Of a stretch of DNA of 64,000 nucleotides, positions 56,244 to 64,000 are shown piece after piece; the stretch's first letter is position 1, and every line of letters starts with the position of its first letter. The DNA is taken from the NCBI GenBank assembly GCA_016180645.1, contig JACPAV010000019.1:14560-78559 (forward strand). Direction: 5' to 3'. The notes under the pieces were generated by a model, which saw only the letters and a program-made list of their open reading frames with translations, searched no databases and was not told the origin of the DNA. Made by a program: the position numbers and the translations under genes. This DNA comes from Nitrospirota bacterium. GTDB taxonomy: Bacteria > JACPQY01.

Positions 56244-57350
56244 TTAGCTCAATCTTCGATCATCGTCAAAGATTTCGTGACTCAGCCGCTCGAAGGCCCG
56301 CAGGACTTCCTCTTCTGCAATCCCGCGCAGGCAAGATTGGTTTTCCGCGACCGGGTTTGGACACGCCCAATGGTAGCACGGGGCGCAGGGAACGGAATGA
56401 GCGAGCATAACGGACCGACCGGGGCTGACATGGGGTCGATGGGTGATTCCATCCCCCGGCCCGACCAGGACCAGCGTCGGTTTGTCCCAAATCCCGGCCA
56501 AATGCTGGGGCGCGCTGTAGGTGGTGAGTATGAGGTCGGAAACCGCCAGCACCGCCGCCGAGCGGACAAGATCAAACCGGCCCCGGGCGTCGAGGTGACA
56601 AATCCCCGATGAGGGCGGAATTCCCGGGTCTGCGCCCTTCCCCCAAACCACGGGGCGAATGGCGAACTTGTCCTGGAGCAAGCGGACCAACGTCTCCACC
56701 CGGTCGGCCGGCAGGCGCCGCGTCGGTCGTTCGCCCCCCAACGCCACCGCCACGAGAGGGCCCGAGAGTCCCCTCCAGTCGTGGTGATGGATGAAGGCCC
56801 TTGCTTCTTCAATCTCCTCAGACCTCAACCGCAAATGCGGCCGTAAAGAGGGTTCCCCTCCCTCTCCCGCCGATCCGACGGTTCGGACCAGCGCCGCCAT
56901 TCGTTCCATCTGGTCCGCCGGCCGATCGTCTTCGTCCAAACGATTTGTAAAAAATGGGGCGCGATTCGCCGTATTTCTCCCCACGGTTTCGGGGGCGCCC
57001 AGCCAGCCCAGGAAAAGTCGCAACCACCAGCCTCCGAGCCCCGAGCTCACGTGATGCAGACTGATGACGACGTCAAACCGACCGCGCAAAGAAGCAACCC
57101 TCCGGAGCCAGCGCGGCCAGTCCCCCAAGGAAGGCGCGCTCCGCGCGCGGCTCGTGGGAAGCGCCAAAACCTCGTCGGCATCGGTACACCGCTCCGCCAA
57201 CGGCAGGGCTTTCTCCGATACCAGCAGGGTCAGTCTGGACCTCGGCGCCCGGTTCCTCAGGATGCGTACGGCTGGGGTGGAGTCCACAAAGTCTCCAATG
57301 CCCGAGACGTTGAGGACAAGAATCCTCCGGCCTTCAAGCGACGACATCAT
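56244..57350 (-). CDS. Family 9 glycosyltransferase (heptosyltransferase-like)
   Basis: ILVLNVSGIGDFVDSTPAVRILRNRAP...LTLLVSEKALPL is typical of GT9. The C-terminus carries CAPCYHWACP. Confidence 0.78.
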   Translation of the reverse strand: MMSSLEGRRILVLNVSGIGDFVDSTPAVRILRNRAPRSRLTLLVSEKALPLAERCTDADEVLALPTSRARSAPSLGDWPRWLRRVASLRGRFDVVISLHHVSSGLGGWWLRLFLGWLGAPETVGRNTANRAPFFTNRLDEDDRPADQMERMAALVRTVGSAGEGGEPSLRPHLRLRSEEIEEARAFIHHHDWRGLSGPLVAVALGGERPTRRLPADRVETLVRLLQDKFAIRPVVWGKGADPGIPPSSGICHLDARGRFDLVRSAAVLAVSDLILTTYSAPQHLAGIWDKPTLVLVGPGDGITHRPHVSPGRSVMLAHSVPCAPCYHWACPNPVAENQSCLRGIAEEEVLRAFERLSHEIFDDDRRLS

Positions 57351-57705
57351 AGACCTGCTTCACACCTTCCCGCGCTCCGCGGCCGGTCCGTCCTGCCCGA
57401 TCCGCTCCCGCCCGGACCGGCCCGTGGCGCCGACTCGCGCGAATTATACTCCCTGTCGGACACCCAGTTCACCTGAGTTCATCGGATCCTGATGAACTCC
57501 CTTGGATCCCCGCACGGGGCTTCCGCCCCCGCGCGCGGGCCGGGGTGAAGACTTTGTAAACAATTGGGGCTAGAATCCCGACAGGCGCAAGAATGTTTGT
57601 TTCCGCTTGTGAACACGGAGCTTGTCCACCCGCCCTCCCGGTCGCCGGCCGCCGCCCGGGAGCGAGCGGCGAACAGCCCAGGAAGTCGGCCGGACGCGGC
57701 TTCTG

Positions 57706-59505
57706 ATGCCCCTCTTCGGCTCCAAGGAAGAAAACGAACTCAAGAAGGCCGCGAAGCTCGAGCAGGACGGTCAATGGCAGCTCGCGGCCCAGGCCTTCAT
57801 GAAACTCGGTCGACAGGACGACGCGGCGCGCCTCTATGCCAAATCGGGTGACGCCAAGACCGCAGCCGACATCTATCTCCGCAACGGAAACGGCGAGAAG
57901 GCCTTCTCCCTCCTGCGAACGGCCCGCAACAAAGAGGAAGGGGCCAGGCTCCTCCAGAAGCACGGGCAACGCGAATTCGCCGCCCGCCTGTTCATCGAGG
58001 CCGGACGATACATCAGCGCCGCTGAGATCTATGAATCGACGGGGCAGTTCCTCCAAGCAGCCGATCTGTTTTCCAAGGGAGACATGATTTCAGAAGCCGC
58101 GCAGTGCTACGAAAAAGCGGGGGACTTTCCCAAGGCCACGGGCATGTTCCTCAGAATCTTCCAGACGGAGCTTCATCGCCACCAGATCGAGCCGGGCTAC
58201 CCCAAGGAACGCCTCGTTCCACTCGCCACCAAGTGCGCCTCCCTGAAGTACCAGATGGGGCAATTCCCCGAGGCGGCGGAAATCCTTCAACGAGTGGGAA
58301 TGCTGGACAAGGCGGCGGCCATCTACGCCAAAATCGGCCACCTGGACAAGGCCGCCAAGATCTACGAGGACGTCGGGGATTTCGCGCGCGCCGCGGACAT
58401 CTACGAGAGGCTCGGCAAGAAATCCGATGCGCAATTGATCAAGGCCCGCTACTACGAGAACAAGGGCGAGATCGACCAGGCCGCCAAAATGTACTACGCC
58501 GCCGGACACTATACCGAAGCGGGCAACCTGTACTGGCGCATGGGCCAACTCATGGAAGCCGCACAGTGCGCCGAGAAGGAAACCAACTACTCCTGGGCGG
58601 CGGACCTCTACCGCGAAGCCGGCCAGACCGAGAAGGCCCGGCAGTGCGACCTCAAAGCGGGACGCATCCCCCCTCCGGCGGCGGGACCGGCCGCTGCGGC
58701 TATACCTCAACCAAAGCCTAAACCTGTCGTCTCAAGATATCAAAAGAACGAGATTCTTGGGCGTGGCGGGATGGGAGTAGTATACCGGGCACTCGACAAG
58801 ATTCTCAACCGGACGGTGGCCTTGAAGGTTCTGGCCGACGACCTCAAAAAGGATCCGGAGGCCATCGAGCAGCTCATGCGCGAGGCTCGCGCCGCCGCCG
58901 CCCTAAACCATCCCAACGTTGTGACGATCTATGATGCAGGGCGCGAGAATGAGCAATACTTCATCGTGATGGAATACGTGGAAGGGACGCTCTTGAAGAG
59001 CCTCATCAAACGCACCGGGCCGCTGAACGTCCAGGAGTGTCTTCCCATCCTGCGCCAGCTCTGCCAGGGACTCGCCTACGCCCATGGCCGCCAGATCGTG
59101 CATCGCGATATCAAGCCGGGAAATGTCATGATTACCGCCGATAAGACCGTGAAGATCATGGATTTCGGCCTTGCCAAGAAACTGGGACAAAGCCACACTA
59201 AGAGCACCGTCATGGGAACGCCGTATTACATGTCGCCCGAACAGGTGGAGGGCGCGGAAACCGACCACCGAAGCGATATCTACTCCCTCGGGGCTACGCT
59301 TTTCGAAATCCTGGCGGGACGCCCCCCCTTCACCGACGGGGATGTCCCCTACCACCACCGCCACTCCCCCCCCCCGGATCCGACGCTCTTCGCGACCGAG
59401 CTTCCGTCGGAATGGTCCGCCGTCATCCTTCGATGTCTGGAGAAAGACCCCGCGCGCCGTTTCGATTCGGCGCTGGAAATTCTGAAAGGGGTGGAGTCCA
59501 TTTGA
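57706..59505 (+). CDS. Ser/Thr protein kinase with an N-terminal 13-residue repeat array
   Basis: Hanks kinase motifs: GRGGMGVVY, VALKVL, HRDIKPGN, DFGLA, GTPYYMSPE. The N-terminal 320 aa are tandem AAxIYxKxGxxxx units. Start trimmed to ATG 57706. Confidence 0.85.
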   Translation: MPLFGSKEENELKKAAKLEQDGQWQLAAQAFMKLGRQDDAARLYAKSGDAKTAADIYLRNGNGEKAFSLLRTARNKEEGARLLQKHGQREFAARLFIEAGRYISAAEIYESTGQFLQAADLFSKGDMISEAAQCYEKAGDFPKATGMFLRIFQTELHRHQIEPGYPKERLVPLATKCASLKYQMGQFPEAAEILQRVGMLDKAAAIYAKIGHLDKAAKIYEDVGDFARAADIYERLGKKSDAQLIKARYYENKGEIDQAAKMYYAAGHYTEAGNLYWRMGQLMEAAQCAEKETNYSWAADLYREAGQTEKARQCDLKAGRIPPPAAGPAAAAIPQPKPKPVVSRYQKNEILGRGGMGVVYRALDKILNRTVALKVLADDLKKDPEAIEQLMREARAAAALNHPNVVTIYDAGRENEQYFIVMEYVEGTLLKSLIKRTGPLNVQECLPILRQLCQGLAYAHGRQIVHRDIKPGNVMITADKTVKIMDFGLAKKLGQSHTKSTVMGTPYYMSPEQVEGAETDHRSDIYSLGATLFEILAGRPPFTDGDVPYHHRHSPPPDPTLFATELPSEWSAVILRCLEKDPARRFDSALEILKGVESI

Positions 59506-59846
59506 AACCCCGTGCCCTCGCCCTGCTGCTGTCGCTTGTCGTCCTGGGATCAGGATGTGAAAAGGTCAGATCCCTCGCGGGGATGGCCGAGAAGAACTCT
59601 GTGGCGACGGGACAGCCCGCCGCATCGCGCCAATCCGGCGCCGCGAAGAAACCACCGGCGGCCAAGCCGCCGCTCCCCTTCCCCAAGGAACAGGCCGAGG
59701 CCATCCTGGACCAGCAGGAGAAAATCTCGACTGAAACCCGGGACGCCTTTCTCGCCCGCCAGCTCTCGAAATCCGAAGAGGATGATCTCTATTTCGAGCC
59801 GCCGGCGGACGAAACCTGGTCCAAGCTCACGCCGGAACGACGGTAG
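59502..59846 (+). CDS. Small secreted/lipoprotein-like protein
   Basis: The TTG at 59502 overlaps the kinase stop. LKPRALALLLSLVVLGSGC is a signal peptide with Cys. The mature part is low-complexity and Pro/Ala/Lys-rich. The start is not certain. Confidence 0.4.
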   Translation: MKPRALALLLSLVVLGSGCEKVRSLAGMAEKNSVATGQPAASRQSGAAKKPPAAKPPLPFPKEQAEAILDQQEKISTETRDAFLARQLSKSEEDDLYFEPPADETWSKLTPERR

Positions 59847-59872
59847 GCCTCAGCAAAGCAATTCGCGAAAGC

Positions 59873-59896
59873 GGTAGCCGCGGGCTCTAGCCCGCG
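59873..59896. repeat. REP-like hairpin between convergent genes
   Basis: GGTAGCC-GCGGGC-TCTA-GCCCGC-G. Same head and stem as the unit at 1469-1493. Confidence 0.6.
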
Positions 59897-59945
59897 ATTC
59901 AGGAATACACGCTGCGGCGCACACCTACCCAGCAGGGCGCAGAAA

Positions 59946-61034
59946 CTACGCGGGGGGTGGGCTTTTCGCCGAATCCCCCGGAGCCTGATACTCGCGCCTG
60001 TAGATATCGAGGAGGCTGAGGAAGACCGCCAGGATCGAAGGTCCAAGCAGAATCCCCGTAAACCCGAACAGCTTGAGCCCTCCAAGGATGCTGAAAAAGA
60101 GCAGAAGGGTCGGTATCCTCGCCCGCCCCCCGATAATCATCGGCTTGACGATGTTGTCGATGGAACTGACCACGAGCGCCCCGACCGCAAGAAGAATGGC
60201 GCCCTTCCAAACGTGCCCCGTCAAAAACAAGATGATCGACCCCGGAAGCCAGACCAGCGACGCCCCGCCGATCGGCAACGTTCCCCCGATGAATGTGATG
60301 ACTGCACCCAGAATGGGATAGGGAAGGCCCAAGGCTATGAGGAGAAGCGCCACCATGCCGGCCTGGACGGCGGCCGTGATGAGTACGCCTGCAATGACCG
60401 AGTGAAGAATCTCGTAAAACGTTTTGAAAATTCGATCCTTCTGGTCCTGGGACATGGGGAGGAAGGATTTGAGATTGCGAACGAGTCCGGGCCCGTCCCG
60501 GAGAAAGAAAAATAGCGTGAAAACCAGTATCGCCAGGTAGAGGATACCCACCAGGAACCCCTTGGCTCCGATGGGAATGAGCGACACGACCCCCGAGGCG
60601 ATCCTTTCGAAAATCCCCTCCATCGTTTCCGGATCGGAGAGGGCATGAATCCCCAGCTTCTCTTCGGCAAACTCGAACCACGCATGGGGAAACATCGACA
60701 GCACGCTGTTCATGGCCCGGTTGATGTTTTCCTTCGAGAGGTAACCCTTGACCTGTCCGAAGGCGTCCACCAGCTCCGCGCCGAGCGTCGTTGCCACCAG
60801 GGTGAGCGGGATCAGCAGGGCAAGGAGAATCAGGAAGGTAACCACTCCGGCGGCCGGGGCTTTCCGCCCCTGGAACCACCGCTCGAATCGCTCCTGGACG
60901 GGATAGAAGACAATCGCGAGAGTCGCCGCCCAGAAGATTACGAAGTAAAAGGGACGCAGGATCTGGAGAAAAATGTACAGGAGGAATAGGAGCACGCCGA
61001 AAAAGAAACCCGCGACAAGATACCTTCGATCCAT
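59946..61034 (-). CDS. AI-2E family transporter (PerM/UPF0118)
   Basis: 362 aa, about 8 TM segments. ...IGGTLPIGGASLVWLPGSIILF...VSSIDNIVKPMIIG... is typical of the family. Confidence 0.82.
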   Translation of the reverse strand: MDRRYLVAGFFFGVLLFLLYIFLQILRPFYFVIFWAATLAIVFYPVQERFERWFQGRKAPAAGVVTFLILLALLIPLTLVATTLGAELVDAFGQVKGYLSKENINRAMNSVLSMFPHAWFEFAEEKLGIHALSDPETMEGIFERIASGVVSLIPIGAKGFLVGILYLAILVFTLFFFLRDGPGLVRNLKSFLPMSQDQKDRIFKTFYEILHSVIAGVLITAAVQAGMVALLLIALGLPYPILGAVITFIGGTLPIGGASLVWLPGSIILFLTGHVWKGAILLAVGALVVSSIDNIVKPMIIGGRARIPTLLLFFSILGGLKLFGFTGILLGPSILAVFLSLLDIYRREYQAPGDSAKSPPPA

Positions 61035-61057
61035 GCGGTGCCTATCCTTCCGAGGAT

Positions 61058-62290
61058 CTATTCATAGCGGAGGGCCTCGATGGGGTCCAAGCGCGCCGCG
61101 CTCCGAGAGGGATAGAGTGTGGCCAGAAGACACGTGAGGAGGGCCGCTACGCTGACGAGGGCGAAGACGGCGGGCTGGATCTTCACCGGCAGGGTCGAAA
61201 TGTAATACACGTCCGCCGGGAGATGGATGAATTCGTACCGCTTGAGGAGGAGACACAGGCCATAACCTCCACCCAGCCCCAAGAGCGTTCCGGAAACTCC
61301 GATCAGCAGCCCTTGCCAGATGAAGATCCTCCGCACCATCCCCGAGGGCGCGCCCATGGCTTTCAGGATGGCGATGTCCTTCCCCTTCTCCATGACCATC
61401 ATGATGAGCGTGGCAATGATCCCGAAGCTGGCCACGATGATGATCATGAGGAGGATAAGAAACATGACCGTCTTTTCGAGTTTCAACGCGGAGAACAGAT
61501 TCTGGTTCATTTCCATCCAGTGACGGGTGTAGAACTCCGGACCCAGCGAGGACTCAATCAAGAGGGCGATCTCGCGCGCCCGGTAGATGTCGTCCACTTT
61601 CACCTCGTATCCCGTGATTTTGTCCCCCATGTTGAAGAATTCCTGCGCTTCCTTCAACGGGATGTACACGAAGCTGGAATCGTATTCGTACATCCCGGTT
61701 TGGAAAACGCCCTGAACTTGGTAGGTGCGGAACCGGGGGATCATCCCCATCGGCGTCACTTCCCCCAGCGGCGAGATCACATCGAGATTCTCCCCCACAA
61801 AAACGGCCAGGTTTCTCGACAGTTCCTTCCCCACCACCATCGGAGGAGGTCCGTCCTTCGGAACCGTCGCCAAACTCCCCAGCGATCCCTCCACAATCCT
61901 CTTCCCTACATCGGTCACCTCCGAAAAAGAGGTGGGATCGATGCCCTTCACCACCACTCCCATCAGGTTGCCCACCGACCTCGCCATGGCCTGCGAAAAC
62001 ACGAAAGGCGCCAGGCCGGAGACGCCCGGAACGTTCCGCATGGCCTGCTCCACCTCCTTCGACCGCTCCGCTCCCGATCCTCCCCGCTTGAGAACCACGA
62101 TGTGGGAGTTGGTCCCGAGGATTTTCGTCCTCAGGTCCTCCTCAAATCCCGCCATGACCGAGATGACCACCACGAGCGCGGTCACCCCCAGCGCCACACC
62201 CAGGACCGAGAAACCGCTGATCACGGAGATGAAAACCTGTTTGCGCTTGGCCATGAGATACCGCCGCGCGATGTAGAGCGGTACATTCAT
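61058..62290 (-). CDS. lolC: Lipoprotein-releasing system permease (LolC/LolE family)
   Basis: MNVPLYIARRYLMAKRKQVFISVISGFSVLGVALGVTALVVVISVMAGFEEDLRTKILGTNSHIVV, plus the C-terminal FtsX domain. Confidence 0.87.
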   Translation of the reverse strand: MNVPLYIARRYLMAKRKQVFISVISGFSVLGVALGVTALVVVISVMAGFEEDLRTKILGTNSHIVVLKRGGSGAERSKEVEQAMRNVPGVSGLAPFVFSQAMARSVGNLMGVVVKGIDPTSFSEVTDVGKRIVEGSLGSLATVPKDGPPPMVVGKELSRNLAVFVGENLDVISPLGEVTPMGMIPRFRTYQVQGVFQTGMYEYDSSFVYIPLKEAQEFFNMGDKITGYEVKVDDIYRAREIALLIESSLGPEFYTRHWMEMNQNLFSALKLEKTVMFLILLMIIIVASFGIIATLIMMVMEKGKDIAILKAMGAPSGMVRRIFIWQGLLIGVSGTLLGLGGGYGLCLLLKRYEFIHLPADVYYISTLPVKIQPAVFALVSVAALLTCLLATLYPSRSAARLDPIEALRYE

Positions 62291-63780
62291 TCCTGAATAC
62301 CCTTTATGCTACGCATGAGAGGAAATAATATAACCTCCCGTATCGACGATGAATTAGTTAGAAGCATGACCAGCCTATCGATGCCGATCCCTTCGCCGGC
62401 CGCGGGAGGCATCCCGAATTCGAGGGCCTGGACGTAGTCTTCGTCCACAGCCATACATTCCTGTTCCTCCCCCTTCTTGTGGGCCAGTTGTTCTTCGAAT
62501 CGCTTTCTCTGGTCGGCAGGATCGTTGAGCTCCGAGAAGGCATTGGCCATTTCACGTCCGGCTATGAACAGCTCGAATCGATCGACCAGCTCCGGTTGAT
62601 TCGCGTTCCTTCTCGCCAGCGGCGAGACCTCCACGGGGTACTGGGTGATGAACGTCGGCTGGATAAGCTTCGGCTCCACCCTCTCCTCAAAGAGCACCAT
62701 TTGGAGGCCGCCCAGCCCAAGGCTCTTCAGGTCGCCCTCTTCAGGTTTGATCCCGCCTGCTTCGGCAAGGCGTCGCAAGGCGGACGCATCACGAACGATC
62801 GACCGTTCGAGGCCTGCCACCGCGACCAGCGATTCCTCCATGGTGTAACGCTTCCAAGGAGGCGTCAGGTCGATCTGGTGCTCCCCGTAAGGCACGAGGA
62901 ATGACCCGCAGATCTCCCGGGCGATTGTGGACATCATCTCCTGCGTGAGGTCGATCAGGTCTTCGTACGTCGCGAAGCTCTGGTAGAACTCGAGCATAGT
63001 AAACTCAGGGTTGTGCTGGGTGGAGAGCCCCTCATTCCGGAAGTTTCGCCCGATCTCAAACACGCGCTCGATCCCCCCGACCAGCAGGCGCTTGAGATAC
63101 AGTTCCGGAGCGATCCGCATGAAGAGCTTCATGTCCAGCGCGTTGTGATGGGTCACAAAGGGGCGCGCCGCCGCCCCGCCCGCCATCGGTTGCATCATGG
63201 GCGTGTCCACTTCCACGAATCCCCGCGAGGTCAGAAAGGCCCGCACGCCATTCACAATCTGTTGCCGCGCCAGTACGATCCGCCGCGCGTCGGGATTGAC
63301 GATCAGATCGACGTACCGCTGGCGAAATCGCGTTTCGACGTCCGTCAGGCCGTGCCATTTCTCCGGCAGCGGCCGCACGCATTTGGACAGGATCCGGAGG
63401 CGGCTTGCCGCGATCGTCAACTCGCCCGTGCGGGTGCGGAAGATACGCCCTTCAACGCCCACCCAGTCGCCCACGTCCAGAAAATGGGCAATTTCGAAAG
63501 CCTCGTCGCCCATGGCATCCTTTTTCATGTAGATCTGAATTTTCTCCAGGCGATTCAGGATGTGGCCGAACCGGGCCTTTCCGAATGAGCGAAGGGCGAT
63601 CAGCCGCCCCGCCACGTGAAAGATCGTCTCCACGTGTTCCAAATCCTCCGTTTTCGTGGCGCCGAACTGCGCGATCAAGTCGCCGGCCGTATGCGTCGGA
63701 CGGAAATCGTTGGGATACGAAGGCACCCCCTTTTCCTTCAGGTCCAGTTGTTTCTGAAGCCTTTGCAGGTGTTCTTCCAT
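62287..63780 (-). CDS. lysS: Lysine--tRNA ligase (class II)
   Basis: OB-fold N-domain and class II motifs (FRNEG, GIGIDRLVMLLT). 497 aa. Stop overlaps the lolC start. Confidence 0.95.
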   Translation of the reverse strand: MEEHLQRLQKQLDLKEKGVPSYPNDFRPTHTAGDLIAQFGATKTEDLEHVETIFHVAGRLIALRSFGKARFGHILNRLEKIQIYMKKDAMGDEAFEIAHFLDVGDWVGVEGRIFRTRTGELTIAASRLRILSKCVRPLPEKWHGLTDVETRFRQRYVDLIVNPDARRIVLARQQIVNGVRAFLTSRGFVEVDTPMMQPMAGGAAARPFVTHHNALDMKLFMRIAPELYLKRLLVGGIERVFEIGRNFRNEGLSTQHNPEFTMLEFYQSFATYEDLIDLTQEMMSTIAREICGSFLVPYGEHQIDLTPPWKRYTMEESLVAVAGLERSIVRDASALRRLAEAGGIKPEEGDLKSLGLGGLQMVLFEERVEPKLIQPTFITQYPVEVSPLARRNANQPELVDRFELFIAGREMANAFSELNDPADQRKRFEEQLAHKKGEEQECMAVDEDYVQALEFGMPPAAGEGIGIDRLVMLLTNSSSIREVILFPLMRSIKGIQE

Positions 63781-63782
63781 GC

Positions 63783-64000
63783 CTATTGCGCCAGGGCCGT
63801 GCCGGAGCCCCGCCGTTTCAGCTCTTCATAAAGGGCGGCCTCAATGAAGGGATCCAGATCGCCGTCCAGCACGCGCTCCACGTCGCCTCGCTCCATGCTC
63901 GTCCGATGGTCTTTGACCAGCCGGTAGGGCTGGAGCGTGTACGACCGGATTTGGGACCCGAAGGAAATATCCCCTTTCTGATCGTGAAGCTCCTTGCTCT
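63783..64000 (-). CDS. prfB: Peptide chain release factor 2 (3' end only; runs off the window)
   Basis: Hand translation of the minus strand gives ...[53 protein letters not shown]...*, matching the conserved RF2 C-terminus. This is the classic prfB-lysS arrangement. Confidence 0.85.
   Translation of the reverse strand, partial: SKELHDQKGDISFGSQIRSYTLQPYRLVKDHRTSMERGDVERVLDGDLDPFIEAALYEELKRRGSGTALAQ

Noticed and set aside
61223-62296. 357-aa plus-strand ORF
   Set aside because: It is antisense to lolC/E. H/R/D-rich.
1-64000. tRNA, rRNA, tmRNA or riboswitch genes in intergenic regions
   Set aside because: I inspected the longer intergenic stretches (12800-12911, 14064-14123, 15652-15733, 17174-17367, 20973-21110, 23938-24208, 34048-34739, 57351-57705, 59847-59945) by eye. 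I saw no cloverleaf-like or known riboswitch pattern. A covariance-model scan would be needed to exclude them.

Overview
High-GC chromosomal segment from a diderm bacterium (LolC/E, YidC/YidD, a beta-barrel-type ORF); I cannot assign a lineage from sequence alone. It has three parts.

(1) 1-21 kb is mostly housekeeping. It holds a tightly packed minus-strand hslVU-argBDFG string, ilvD, an M24 aminopeptidase, an orphan PAS histidine kinase, and the rpmH-rnpA-yidD-yidC cluster. rpmH is absent from the ORF track; I found it by hand at 17368-17517. A ~3 kb block of four unrecognisable ORFs (14.1-17.2 kb) interrupts this part, and three of them are visibly lower in GC.

(2) 21.1-57.4 kb is a ~36 kb surface-glycan locus:
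- Wzx flippase, Wzy/O-antigen-ligase-like protein and a Wzc-type tyrosine autokinase
- about 12 glycosyltransferases (GT2, GT4, GT9, a CgeB-like enzyme, a GT39/ArnT-like enzyme, one GT2-GT4 fusion)
- seven SAM methyltransferases, four of them zinc-ribbon paralogs
- an NDP-sugar tailoring set: a C-methyltransferase, an RmlC-like cupin and three SDRs
- a radical SAM/SPASM enzyme next to a DegT aminotransferase, plus a GHMP kinase and GalE

No priming phosphoglycosyltransferase or Wza is visible in this locus.

(3) 57.4-64 kb carries a Ser/Thr kinase with a 13-residue repeat array, an AI-2E transporter, lolC/E, lysS and the 3' end of prfB.

The most notable sequence-level observations are:
- a 98-nt composite hairpin repeat in inverted orientation brackets a 10-kb reversed-polarity block of the glycan locus
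- a 19-bp tandem duplication frameshifts the C-methyltransferase
- a dispersed GTAG...CTAC double-hairpin (REP-like) family has one copy in-frame inside the beta-barrel ORF
- degenerate heptanucleotide arrays sit at the 5' ends of envelope-protein ORFs
- MNT/HEPN toxin-antitoxin remnants lie at the right junction of the bracketed block
- short rare-codon (AT3-rich) patches occur inside conserved genes

Many long ORFs in the track are antisense or out-of-frame shadows typical of high-GC DNA, and I rejected them.
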